Shown piece after piece: positions 7,528-16,496 of a DNA stretch of 42,780 nucleotides. Both the position numbers and the translations under genes were made by a program. The notes beneath the pieces are model-generated. The model saw only the letters and a list, made by a program, of their open reading frames with translations, was not told the origin of the DNA and did not search any database. Every line of letters begins with the position of its first letter. The stretch's first letter is position 1. The DNA is from a virus (taxonomy: Duplodnaviria; Caudoviricetes). The DNA lies in the IMG/VR virus record IMGVR_UViG_3300038393_001787, positions 1 to 42,780 of that record. One strand, given 5' to 3'.

Positions 7528-8099
7528 ACGGCGAGCTGTTCTCCATCGCCGACGCGGCCGCCTTCATCGGCGCGATCGACCAGGATCTCGCCGATTGCGC
7601 CGCCGCCCATGTCGACCAGGTGCGCAAGGGGCGGCTCACCCAACACGAAGCCGATTATGTCGTCGGCGTGCTGCGCGATATCCGTTCCGATCTCGTCCAT
7701 GCCTTCGGCCCGCTCGACGTCGGCGCCTGTCTCGAGCGCGAGGAAGCGGCGGTGCGCTGGCGCGCCAAGGTCCGCTGGATCAATGGCGAGCTCGAGGCGC
7801 GGCGCAGCTCCTACCCCGAGCTCGTCGCCAAGGGCCGCCTCGAGGAGCGCGCCGCCAAGCGTAAGCTCGCCATGCTGCGCACGCTTCATCGCCTATACTG
7901 GCGCGAGCTGTTCATGTGGGAGCCCGACCCTGGGCCGGCGCTCGAGTTCCTGCTCGCGATCCGCAAGCGCAAGGATGCGACGGCGGACGAGATCGATCGG
8001 CTCATTCCGCGCGGGCGCCAGATCTACCGCGAGCTCGTGCGCAAGCACGTCGCAGCGGTCGAGCTCGAGGATGGCGGACAGATGGAGCTGGTCGCGTGA
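7524..8099 (+). CDS. Hypothetical protein (MNGELFSIADAA...)
   Basis: ATGA overlap; two similar internal segments (QVRKGRLTQHEA / ELVAKGRLEERAA). Confidence 0.75.
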   Translation: MNGELFSIADAAAFIGAIDQDLADCAAAHVDQVRKGRLTQHEADYVVGVLRDIRSDLVHAFGPLDVGACLEREEAAVRWRAKVRWINGELEARRSSYPELVAKGRLEERAAKRKLAMLRTLHRLYWRELFMWEPDPGPALEFLLAIRKRKDATADEIDRLIPRGRQIYRELVRKHVAAVELEDGGQMELVA

Positions 8100-8299
8100 G
8101 CGGCCTTAATCCGGGAGGATCCCGCAACAGCAACGGGCAGCGCCGCGTGTTCACCGCTTCGGAGGTTCAGCGCGTTTGCCGCCAGGCGAAGATTGCCGAA
8201 GTCGACAAACCGAGCGGCAGCATCGCCGCTATGCCGCACAGCAACAGCCGCGAGGTTCAACGACGGTTGCGCCAGGCGGCGAAGCGGGAGCGGTCCTAA
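8096..8299 (+). CDS. Small basic hypothetical protein
   Basis: GTGA start overlap with GGAG SD; TAATG overlap with the next gene. Confidence 0.55.
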   Translation: MSGLNPGGSRNSNGQRRVFTASEVQRVCRQAKIAEVDKPSGSIAAMPHSNSREVQRRLRQAAKRERS

Positions 8300-8496
8300 T
8301 GCCGACATATCGGGCGCGGCGCTTCCGCGAAGCGAACCGCCGATCGCCGGTCGTTTACGGCAGCGTGATCGGCGAAGGCGGCAAGGGCTGTTTTTACCGC
8401 CTCGCCGATGAGCAAACGTTCGAGCTTAACGCCGAAGAGTGCCGCGCGATCGGCCATCCGCGTTGGGCTTTCGAGGAGGAATGCTGTAGCGTGTAA
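8299..8496 (+). CDS. Small hypothetical protein (MPTYRARRFRE...)
   Basis: TAATG coupling, GGGAG SD. Confidence 0.6.
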   Translation: MPTYRARRFREANRRSPVVYGSVIGEGGKGCFYRLADEQTFELNAEECRAIGHPRWAFEEECCSV

Positions 8497-8531
8497 CACG
8501 GGCGCCGACGGGCGGCCCGATCGGGGGGAAT

Positions 8532-8891
8532 GTGTACGCCTATGTGAAGTTTCCGCGGAGCTGCGAGGTATGCGGTCAATCGCTCGGCAGCGAAAGCGAC
8601 GTGCTCGAAATCGGCGATCTGCGCCTGGTCCGTTCCGAGCACAGCATTACCTGGAAGGGCCGCCCGGTTCCGCTGACGCCGCATGAATATGGGATCGTCG
8701 AGCTGCTGGCGATGCGGCCCGGCAAGGTGATCCGCAAGGACACGTTCTACATGCTCTTGCTCGGCACCGACGGGGATCCAAAGCGGCTCGACGTCCATGT
8801 CTGCCGAGTGCGCGCCAAGTTTCGGGCAATCGATCCAGCGTTCAACCGGATCCGAGCGGTCCCCTGTTGCGGCCTGACCTGGCGAAACTAG
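8532..8891 (+). CDS. Stand-alone OmpR/PhoB-type winged-helix DNA-binding protein with N-terminal CxxC and no receiver domain
   Basis: LTPHEYGIVELLAMRPGKVIRK...LDVHVCRVRAKFRAIDPAFNRI fits the trans_reg_C pattern; GTG start behind GGGGGG. Confidence 0.82.
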   Translation: MYAYVKFPRSCEVCGQSLGSESDVLEIGDLRLVRSEHSITWKGRPVPLTPHEYGIVELLAMRPGKVIRKDTFYMLLLGTDGDPKRLDVHVCRVRAKFRAIDPAFNRIRAVPCCGLTWRN

Positions 8892-9030
8892 GGAACAGCC
8901 GTTGACGATCGGCGTTGTCGATCGCGGGCGCTAATCGGTTTGGTTTCCTAGAGCAGAGGCACAGGCCCGATTTGCGCCCAATCCTCGCCGGCGAGCTCGG
9001 CGCCGGCACTTCAGGCAGGAGAGCCGCAAC

Positions 9031-9252
9031 ATGGCCGAACAAAACAAGAGCGCGTTTTTCGATCAAGCGACGGTCGACCAATGGGATGCCCGCGAAACCG
9101 GCCAGGCCGCGCGCGCGGTGCTCGCCAAGATCGGGCGGATGAACCGCACCAACGGTAACACTGAGCAGATTAGAACCGCGCTCGAGGGAGATCCCGACGC
9201 GATCAACGGGCTTGAGCATTTGCGCGAGCTGCTCCGCGCGCCAACTCGTTAA
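9031..9252 (+). CDS. Small hypothetical protein (73 aa)
   Basis: CAGGAG SD; preceded by a structured ~140-nt spacer. Confidence 0.65.
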   Translation: MAEQNKSAFFDQATVDQWDARETGQAARAVLAKIGRMNRTNGNTEQIRTALEGDPDAINGLEHLRELLRAPTR

Positions 9253-9297
9253 CCGACCGGCGTGTTACACGGGCTGATTTTAAGCCCGTACAGCGCC

Positions 9298-9343
9298 AAA
9301 AGAAGGGCCGGAGGGTATCGACTACCCGCCCGGCCCTTCTTTC
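9298..9343. terminator. Bidirectional intrinsic terminator between convergent units
   Basis: AAAAGAAGGGCCGG...CCGGCCCTTCTTT dyad with A and T tails on both sides. Confidence 0.75.
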
Positions 9344-9391
9344 GTCTGAGCGCGCCGGAAAACCGGCGTGGCGTCGATTTGGCGTTACGCC

Positions 9392-10291
9392 TTAACTCGG
9401 AACTGTGTGGCCGAAATCCGAGATCCAGACTCCGCCGGCGACTTGCGGCACTCCGCCCAACCCGATCTGATCTACCGCTCCCATGAAGGTGGCTATCGTC
9501 GTGGTGGAAACGAGCACCCAATCGATGCCGTCAAAGCTCCAGTAGAAGTTGAGATTGGTCCCGTCGTTATTGATGCGGAGCCACATCACTTGAGGAATAT
9601 AGCCGAACGAGAATCCGCCGGCCAAAGAGCTCGCGAAGGTCGTCGGGTTTGTCCATTGCTGAACGTAGATGCCGGCGGGAGCGGAAAAGCTTGTGATGAA
9701 CGTCGTCAGCTTTCCATTCGCCGAATTGCGGAGGATCAACCCGAACGACGTGTTGACCCCAAACGCTGCCTTATGTGACACCCGAAGATAGAGATCCCAG
9801 GGGGTCGCCGGCGCCGCCTTCACCGCACCTTGAACTGTGTTCGCACCGGACGCTGTCCAATCGTACATGTGGGCGCGCGTTTTGTCGGTAAGCGTGATGT
9901 TTGCGCTGGCCCCAACGATCCCGGTGAGGGTCGTTAGCGATAAGAGATTGCCGAACCCCTCATAGGCGTGCGCTCCCGCACCGGCGATGAGCGCGTCGAC
10001 CTGGGCAATCGAATAAACCGACAGGTTGGCGCGGGCCGTGACTGCCGAGGCGACGTCGGAAAGGTTGAGCGCCTTTTGCAGATAGCGGCCATCGGCGAAT
10101 GCCTGGCTGATCCCGCCCGCCGGAATGTTGGCGGTGATATAGGTGAGCAATGCGGCAAGCGAGCTGCGCCGGCTGTTGCCGTGGTTGGTGACATTGCCGC
10201 CGCCGTCGCGCGCGACGCCGGCGACCAGGTGGAACTCCTCCGTCCCGTCGAGAACGCGAAGCGTGAGATCCGCGACTTCCTTACTTGCCAT
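9392..10291 (-). CDS. Probable tail fibre/receptor-binding protein with lectin-like (concanavalin-type) C-terminal domain
   Basis: YLQKALNLSDVASAVTARANL tail-fibre motif; WLRINNDGTNLNFYWSFDGIDW beta-sandwich pattern. Confidence 0.6.
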   Translation of the reverse strand: MASKEVADLTLRVLDGTEEFHLVAGVARDGGGNVTNHGNSRRSSLAALLTYITANIPAGGISQAFADGRYLQKALNLSDVASAVTARANLSVYSIAQVDALIAGAGAHAYEGFGNLLSLTTLTGIVGASANITLTDKTRAHMYDWTASGANTVQGAVKAAPATPWDLYLRVSHKAAFGVNTSFGLILRNSANGKLTTFITSFSAPAGIYVQQWTNPTTFASSLAGGFSFGYIPQVMWLRINNDGTNLNFYWSFDGIDWVLVSTTTIATFMGAVDQIGLGGVPQVAGGVWISDFGHTVPS

Positions 10292-10640
10292 GGTTTCCCC
10301 CTTTGACGCCGACCGTGATCGCGGCGCGCAGTTTGTCGTAAGCCTCGGCCAGCACGTCGAAGGCGCTCACCGCCCCGTCATGCTTCGCCGCGCATTTGCG
10401 GTACTCGAGCGCGAGATCGCTATCGGCCTGGGCTATCCCCGCCGGCGACGGGTCCGTGACCTTTGCCGGCGGCGGGCACGCCTGGCGGACTTGCGGGTCC
10501 ATCCTCGGCGCCGGCAAGGTGCTCGTCGAGATAGCCGCGAGCGGCGTTGATTGCCGAGAGCAGGCCGGGAGACAGGCAACGATTAGGATCAGCGAGGTTG
10601 CGGTCGCGAAGGATCTCGCGCGTGATGATCGGTTGAACAA
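10281..10640 (-). CDS. o-spanin (Rz1-like lipoprotein), overlapping the i-spanin gene
   Basis: TTG start at 10640; signal peptide SLILIVACLPA-C with lipobox; Pro-rich mature part; different frame from the i-spanin. Confidence 0.7.
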   Translation of the reverse strand: MFNRSSRARSFATATSLILIVACLPACSRQSTPLAAISTSTLPAPRMDPQVRQACPPPAKVTDPSPAGIAQADSDLALEYRKCAAKHDGAVSAFDVLAEAYDKLRAAITVGVKGGNHGK

Positions 10641-10980
10641 AGGTTCGCCCTTCCGTGTCGATGGTTTGGATTTTTCCGTTGGTGTCGGCGCCGATCGCCG
10701 CGAGCTTGGTGTCGAGCTGCTTGTCGATCGCGCCGACGATCGCGCGGGCGAGCTCCTGGCGCTCGAGCTCGTGCAGCCGGTCTTGCTCCTTGGCCCGCTC
10801 ATAACCGCGATGATCGAGGAACCAGGCGGCGAGACCGATCGCGATCGCGATCGCACCGAACAGCCACACTTGCGGCGGGATCTTGCTCGCCGCCTTCTTG
10901 ACGGCGCCGAACCCGAACAGGCGCAGCACAATGCCGGCGATCCCACCAACGCCGAGCAAACCTGCTAACAGAGCGATCAT
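10420..10980 (-). CDS. i-spanin (Rz-like)
   Basis: N-terminal hydrophobic segments followed by coiled coil; downstream of the endolysin. Confidence 0.72.
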   Translation of the reverse strand: MIALLAGLLGVGGIAGIVLRLFGFGAVKKAASKIPPQVWLFGAIAIAIGLAAWFLDHRGYERAKEQDRLHELERQELARAIVGAIDKQLDTKLAAIGADTNGKIQTIDTEGRTFVQPIITREILRDRNLADPNRCLSPGLLSAINAARGYLDEHLAGAEDGPASPPGVPAAGKGHGPVAGGDSPGR

Positions 10981-11117
10981 TCTTCCCCCCTGTTGAAATG
11001 GTCGATCGGCGCCGGCACCGACGTATCGACCAGCACCGCTTGCTGCGGCGGATCGAGGCGGGCGGCGATCGTCAGAGTCAGCGCCGCCAGGCCGACCACC
11101 ATCGCCAACTCCCTCAT
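10977..11117 (-). CDS. Small membrane protein in the lysis cassette (46 aa)
   Basis: MRELAMVVGLAALTLTIAARL...; ATGA-coupled at both ends. Confidence 0.55.
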   Translation of the reverse strand: MRELAMVVGLAALTLTIAARLDPPQQAVLVDTSVPAPIDHFNRGEE

Positions 11118-11704
11118 CGCGCGGCCTCTGGTCTCATGCAGAAGCCAGCGAAAAAGGCGCGCCGATCGACCAGGCCGCGGAAGCGGTTGAACCACTTCCC
11201 CTTGTTCGGGCCGCTGGTGATCCGCCGGCTATCCATCGCGCCCTTGGCCGGGCGGGCTGTGACAGAGCCGACGCGGAAAGACGCGATCGCCGCGCAAGCC
11301 GCTGCCCATTTGCCGGCCTTGATGTCGGCCGCCATTGGCGAGCTGCACACCGCACCAGGACCGGCATTGAACGACGTATCGATGAGCGCCGCGAACTCGT
11401 TGCGGCGATCGGCCGAGAGCAACTGCGGCAGACAGTGGGCGATCTTGGGCGCGTAATCAGCCGCAAGCCTCTTCCTCAGTCGGTCCATGCACTCGCCGCG
11501 CGAGTAGATCCGCGAGGGATCAAGATCGCTTTGATCGACGCGCTCGCCGTAGCAGCCCGTTTTGATCCCGATCGGATCCGGCTTCGCCTTGGCAACGAAG
11601 CCCTCGCGCGCGGCGGTGAGCGGAGCGCAGACCACACACGCGGCCAAGATCAGCGCTCCCGCCTTTTGCTTCCTCGAGACGTCGGCCGCTGGCTTGTCAG
11701 CCAT
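11114..11704 (-). CDS. Endolysin, GH24 lysozyme, probably SAR type
   Basis: E-x8-D-x5-T triad (REGFVAKAKPDPIGIKT), AALIDTSFNAG, GLVDRR; weakly hydrophobic N-terminal anchor. Confidence 0.88.
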   Translation of the reverse strand: MADKPAADVSRKQKAGALILAACVVCAPLTAAREGFVAKAKPDPIGIKTGCYGERVDQSDLDPSRIYSRGECMDRLRKRLAADYAPKIAHCLPQLLSADRRNEFAALIDTSFNAGPGAVCSSPMAADIKAGKWAAACAAIASFRVGSVTARPAKGAMDSRRITSGPNKGKWFNRFRGLVDRRAFFAGFCMRPEAAR

Positions 11705-11942
11705 TATCGGCGACTTTCTTTGCGTCGCTGCGCGAGGCTGCCTCGACGATCAAGTAGGACAGGACGCCGGCGATCAGCCCCGCCGCTCCCTGGTACTTGG
11801 CCGGGATGATCGATGAGATCGCCCCTTGAAGCTGGCTCGCATTGGCGACGATCGCCGCGACCAGGACGGCTTGCAGCGCATTGAGCCGAGCGCCCCAAAA
11901 CTGGATCCGCGCGCGGACGTAATCGGCGATTGTTTGCATCAT
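11697..11942 (-). CDS. Holin/pinholin candidate (2 TM)
   Basis: 81 aa, two hydrophobic helices, charged C-terminus, directly upstream of the endolysin. Confidence 0.7.
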   Translation of the reverse strand: MMQTIADYVRARIQFWGARLNALQAVLVAAIVANASQLQGAISSIIPAKYQGAAGLIAGVLSYLIVEAASRSDAKKVADNG

Positions 11943-12307
11943 TCCCCCCCGTAGGTTGAGCCAGGCATGGCGTTGAGCCGATCGACAATCTCGTCGAGAT
12001 CCCGCTTGGGCTTGGGTGCGATCGTCGACAGGATCCGCGCGACTTGCTGGAGCACCTTGTCGCCAGGGTGCCGCTCGGCCGCGTGGTTTATCATCAGCAT
12101 CAGCGCCTCGCGCGTCGCGGCGAGCTCCATCTCGACATGCTCGAGGCGATCGGCGAGGCGCTTATGGCCGACGTCCATCCGCGCCGTGACGAACTCGATC
12201 AGCCACTTGGCGAATTTCATCGCGCCGACGAGCGCGATCGACGCGGCGAGGATTCTTGGCCCTCCAGAAGTCGCCAGGTCGACCCCGATCCCGTCAGACA
12301 TTTTCAC
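11939..12307 (-). CDS. Hypothetical membrane-anchored coiled-coil protein
   Basis: One hydrophobic segment plus coiled coil; start 12307 or 12301. Confidence 0.65.
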   Translation of the reverse strand: MKMSDGIGVDLATSGGPRILAASIALVGAMKFAKWLIEFVTARMDVGHKRLADRLEHVEMELAATREALMLMINHAAERHPGDKVLQQVARILSTIAPKPKRDLDEIVDRLNAMPGSTYGGE

Positions 12308-12350
12308 TCAACCCCCCACAGGCTCGGCCCGTCGGCCGAAACGCAAAACG

Positions 12351-12779
12351 CTAGAACGTCCCCCCGCCGGCACCGCTCGCCGCGATATCGACGTTGCAAC
12401 TTGCCACTACGACCAGGTCCGACTTGCGCCGGATCTCGAGCAGGAACGATCCCGAATGCCCGGCGTGAAGGGTAGCGACTGCGCCCCATCCCCACGTCCA
12501 CGACTGCGCGAGATCGAGCCAGACATTGTATTGCTCGCCGAGCGGCGGCCACTCGAGCGACGTCGCCGTGGCCCGGCACTCGTAGAGCTCCATCCCCGAT
12601 TGCGGCGTGATCCAGGCATAGGCCGGGACGAAAGGCGCGTCCTCGGAATGGTAGATCCAACCGTCGTTGGCGATGCGCCACTTGGCTTTGAGATCGCCGC
12701 CTACGCTATCGTCAACGAGCGCAACCACGCCAGGCGGAACGCTCTCGGACACATAGCAAGGACCGAGGAGCAAGCTCAC
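12351..12779 (-). CDS. Hypothetical protein, probably tail-fibre associated
   Basis: GTGA-coupled to the tail fibre stop; beta-rich composition. Confidence 0.6.
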   Translation of the reverse strand: MSLLLGPCYVSESVPPGVVALVDDSVGGDLKAKWRIANDGWIYHSEDAPFVPAYAWITPQSGMELYECRATATSLEWPPLGEQYNVWLDLAQSWTWGWGAVATLHAGHSGSFLLEIRRKSDLVVVASCNVDIAASGAGGGTF

Positions 12780-14011
12780 GCGGCCGTGACCTTCGGGCCG
12801 ACGATTGTAAAGTCGTTCGCCGCCCAGCGGTTGATGTGCGCGACACCGCCTTGCGCCAACGTGAGCGTCGTCGCCGCCACCGTCGCGCCGTTCGCCATGA
12901 TCGTGACCCCGCCGTCAAACGCGATCGTCAGCGTCCCGGTGCCATGGTTGCGAACTACGGTTCCCCAACCGTCGCTGAGCGCGTGCGTCGCATCGAGCCG
13001 CAACGTCGCCGAGGCAGCGCCGCCAGTGTAGAGGATCGACTTGCCGCCGTGCGTATCGTCGAAGTCGAAGGCGCCGGCCTCCGTAACGACGGCGAGGCCG
13101 CGGTAACTCGGCGCCAGCGCATCGCTCGAGATCGTGATCGTGTCGCCGGCGTCATTGACTGCGATCGTGATCCGCGAGCCTTGTTGCAGACAGGCGCCCA
13201 TGACGTCGCGCACTTGCTCATCGGTATAGCCGGCGCCGATCGTGTTGGTGATCGTGATCGTTCCCGCCGCATCGTCATAGACGATATCGATCCCGGCGCC
13301 GTCGACGAGCATCGCGCCGATGATATCCTGCACTTGCTCGCCAGTGAGCGCGCCTGGCCCGCCGCCACCGTCGTTCGATTGCGCGTCGCCCGAGAGCTTC
13401 ACGCAATCGGGCAGTGTGTCGATCCCCGACGCCGAGATCTTGATCGTGTTGGCGACGTCGTCGACGGCGATCGCGATCCCGTTGCCCTCGACGAGCGAGC
13501 TCGCGATCGTGTCGCGGATATATTCGGCGTCGATCGAGCTCGCGATCGTGATCTTGTTGCCGGCGTCGTCGACGGTGATTGTGATCCCGGCGCCCTGGAC
13601 GAGCAGCGCGCCGACCAGGTCGCGCACGTCTTCGCGGGAGAGAAGATCGCGGGCGAGCTCCTGGACAATGCGCGTCAGCTTGTCGAGTGAACGCTCCTGC
13701 TCCTCGACCGGGAAATCATCGCCGGGCTCGCGGTCGACGAGCTGGTCGCGCACCGTGTTGCGGTCGATCTGGATCGTCGCGCCGGCGATGCCACCGTTGG
13801 TTTTGGTGATCGATCCGGTCGCGCCGGCGCCGCCGGCAACCGTGTAGTGTGTCGGATTGACGAGCAGGATCTCGGTCCCGTCGACGAGGATCCGGCTAAC
13901 CGAGATCTCGTTGTCATCCTGGAACGTGAAATTGATCGCGTGGACAAGCGTAACGCCGTCCTCGACGTAGGAATCGCGCGGCGGTTGAGCTGCGTCGCTC
14001 GGAACAGTCAT
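12776..14011 (-). CDS. Tail fibre protein (podovirus-type N-terminal attachment domain) with four internal repeats
   Basis: Start ATG 14011; N-terminal INFTF...HYTVAGG...ERSLDKLTRIVQE; repeats E.VRD..GA.L..G.GI.I..DDA...ITI. Confidence 0.8.
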   Translation of the reverse strand: MTVPSDAAQPPRDSYVEDGVTLVHAINFTFQDDNEISVSRILVDGTEILLVNPTHYTVAGGAGATGSITKTNGGIAGATIQIDRNTVRDQLVDREPGDDFPVEEQERSLDKLTRIVQELARDLLSREDVRDLVGALLVQGAGITITVDDAGNKITIASSIDAEYIRDTIASSLVEGNGIAIAVDDVANTIKISASGIDTLPDCVKLSGDAQSNDGGGGPGALTGEQVQDIIGAMLVDGAGIDIVYDDAAGTITITNTIGAGYTDEQVRDVMGACLQQGSRITIAVNDAGDTITISSDALAPSYRGLAVVTEAGAFDFDDTHGGKSILYTGGAASATLRLDATHALSDGWGTVVRNHGTGTLTIAFDGGVTIMANGATVAATTLTLAQGGVAHINRWAANDFTIVGPKVTAA

Positions 14012-14030
14012 TGGTGCCCCCCAGGCTATT

Positions 14031-16496
14031 TCAAAGTTTCGGAGCCCGCTTCGGCGCCGTCGCGCCAGGCTCCCACCAAAAGTCTTGTCCCTGCTGTTTT
14101 GCCTTTCGATCCATCGCCCGCCAGGATTTGCGATAATCCGGGTCGAGCTCGTGCTGTATTTGATCCGCCAGGATGCGGTTAAACGCAAGGCGCAAATACC
14201 AATTTGACGAAAGGATCGGAGTTTCGGCCTTCAGCATCTTGGTAAGGTCGCGACCTGGTCGCGCCTTCTTGTCGCCGAGGCCGGCGCGCAGCGAGGAGAA
14301 AGCGAGCGTTCCTACCTCCTGCCCGGTCGACGCCAGCGGCCCGGCGATCGTCTCGCCGAGGCCGCCGCCGAAGCGGTTTTCCGAAGCGCCCAGGAAATCG
14401 CCGAAGATCCCGAAGCCGCCGCCCTGGAGCGCGGCCGCGCCCCAATATTCGGCGTGCTTGAGCGGCGGATCCTTTTGCCTCGGCACTGGCCGCGGATCCT
14501 GCCCCTTCGATATGAGCTTGAGCTCCATCGCCGCGGCGCCGCCGAGCGTCGCCATCAGGAAATAGATCCCCGCATAGCGCGCCAAATTGGCCGGCGACTG
14601 CTCGAGCATCCGGCGGCCGTGCGTCATCATGAGGCTGATCCCGAACGACTTGAACAGCAGCGCCGATCGGGTGAGCTCGCCGGCCCAGGTGCCCTTGGGG
14701 GCGATGCTGTTCATCATCGCTCGCGTGCGCGGATCCGCGACCGGCACCGCAAAATCGGTTTCCGTCTGGATCATCTGAAGCAGCCGATCGCCGGCGAGCT
14801 GGTCCTCGACCTTCGCCGGCATGATCCAGCCAACGCCCTTGTGAACCTCGAACGGCGAATTGCGAATGACGTCCCAATTCGCCGGAGTGATCCCGTGGCG
14901 CTCCATTGCCCGCGCGAGCCTGGGATCGAGCTCGTCGAACCGCTTGGCGACCTGGTCAGTCAGGTGCCCGAGGAACTCCATTCCGAACGCCCACCGGCCC
15001 GCCTGGGTGTAGGCGGCGAGCCCGGAGATCCGGAGCGCGCCCTCGGCGAGATCTCGCGCGACGCGACCGGTAAGCTCCTCGGACAGGATCCGGTGCTGCG
15101 CGGCCGTCATGCGCGACCACTCCTCGGCGATCAGGCCGGCGCGCACGGCGAACTTGCGATCGGCGGCATTGGCGGGATTGAGGAGGCGCGTATAGCCGCC
15201 GATCATCTTGTACGCCGGCAGACCATTGAAGCGCCTGGTCACCAGGCCGAACGCGGGATCCGTCGGCAGCGCGGAGAGGATTGCGGCGCCGAGCTTGGCC
15301 GACGTCTGCACCGAGCGGATCGTCCCGAAGCCGAGCGCCAGGCGCTCGTTCTCTGGCCGGCGAAGGCTCCCGGTCAATTCGTCATAGAGGCGCTGGATCT
15401 TGGACGCGCCGGCGTTCGCACGCTCGATCGCCTTGCTTCCCGGCGCCGTGTCGAGCTCGGCCGACTTGGTTACCATGTCCTTGAGCCAGCGCACCGTCGC
15501 CGGCGGATTGGGACCGAGGATCTCCATCATCCCGATATCGCGGCTCATCGCCTCGATATGGCCCATCATCGCGTCGAACGGCGTCCCCGATCCATACTTG
15601 TTGTGATAGGTAAGCCAGACGTCGCCGTCGGCGAAGTGGAGAAAGCGGTGCTCGGCGTGGCTGTTGGCAAGCATCTTTCCGCCGGCGTTGCCCGCCTCGA
15701 TCGCGCTCCATCCATTGGTGCGGATCTTCTCAAAGGTGTCTTTGAGCACGAGCTCGAGCCTGGCGTCGGTGAACGGCTCGCCGGTCATGTTGTCGATCAT
15801 GCGGCCGCGGTCGAGCAACGGCACGATGAAGTCGCGCCAGGCTTGATAGCCAGCGCGGCGCACCAGCGTTGAGCTGTGGCTTTGCGGCAGACCCCAACGA
15901 TCGAGCTTGCCGATCTGACCGCCGGCTTCATTGAAGCGCGCGCGCAGCATTTCCGCCGCCTTGCCCCAGGCTTCGGCGAGCCCTCGAGCATAGTCGTTGC
16001 CGGTCGATCCTGGATTGAACAGCTCGCGGACAATGTCCTCGACGTCGGCCAGGCGGCGGATCTGGCCGAGCAAATTCTTGTGATGATTGGCGAGCAGCTC
16101 GTCGATCATCGCGTGGGCGCGGCCCTTGATCGCGTTGATCCGCGCGGCGACCGTGTCGTTGTGACCGGCGCGGCCGTCGAACGCGAGCACCGCCTCAACA
16201 CCCTTGGGATTGATCGGGCCGCTCGCCGTAGGATCGCCCCCGTCATAGGAGCGCGCTTTCATCAAGCCTTCCTGCTGCGCGCGGATCATCCGGATCGTGT
16301 TGCGCTTCTTGTGCGCCGCGGCCGCCTCGAGGCGATCGACCGTTGCTTGCGACGCGAGCGCGGCCGCGGTCTCCGGATCGTGGCTCCGCTCGTAGAAGCG
16401 GCGGAGCTCGTCGTAGAGCTCGCGCGCCTCTTTCGATCGGCCGACGTCGAGCAGCCCCTTGCGCTCGAGATCGGGCAGACAGGCGTCGAGGCTCAT
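14031..16496 (-). CDS. Large internal virion/ejection protein (821 aa)
   Basis: Position before the tail fibre; helical, with C-terminal glycine/hydrophobic QGGGFGIFGDFL motif. Confidence 0.7.
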   Translation of the reverse strand: MSLDACLPDLERKGLLDVGRSKEARELYDELRRFYERSHDPETAAALASQATVDRLEAAAAHKKRNTIRMIRAQQEGLMKARSYDGGDPTASGPINPKGVEAVLAFDGRAGHNDTVAARINAIKGRAHAMIDELLANHHKNLLGQIRRLADVEDIVRELFNPGSTGNDYARGLAEAWGKAAEMLRARFNEAGGQIGKLDRWGLPQSHSSTLVRRAGYQAWRDFIVPLLDRGRMIDNMTGEPFTDARLELVLKDTFEKIRTNGWSAIEAGNAGGKMLANSHAEHRFLHFADGDVWLTYHNKYGSGTPFDAMMGHIEAMSRDIGMMEILGPNPPATVRWLKDMVTKSAELDTAPGSKAIERANAGASKIQRLYDELTGSLRRPENERLALGFGTIRSVQTSAKLGAAILSALPTDPAFGLVTRRFNGLPAYKMIGGYTRLLNPANAADRKFAVRAGLIAEEWSRMTAAQHRILSEELTGRVARDLAEGALRISGLAAYTQAGRWAFGMEFLGHLTDQVAKRFDELDPRLARAMERHGITPANWDVIRNSPFEVHKGVGWIMPAKVEDQLAGDRLLQMIQTETDFAVPVADPRTRAMMNSIAPKGTWAGELTRSALLFKSFGISLMMTHGRRMLEQSPANLARYAGIYFLMATLGGAAAMELKLISKGQDPRPVPRQKDPPLKHAEYWGAAALQGGGFGIFGDFLGASENRFGGGLGETIAGPLASTGQEVGTLAFSSLRAGLGDKKARPGRDLTKMLKAETPILSSNWYLRLAFNRILADQIQHELDPDYRKSWRAMDRKAKQQGQDFWWEPGATAPKRAPKL

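Noticed and set aside
9392-14011. Gin/Cin-type invertible tail-fibre cassette driven by the serine recombinase
   Set aside because: Both fibre-like genes are on the same strand, I saw no flanking inverted sites, and the recombinase is far away.
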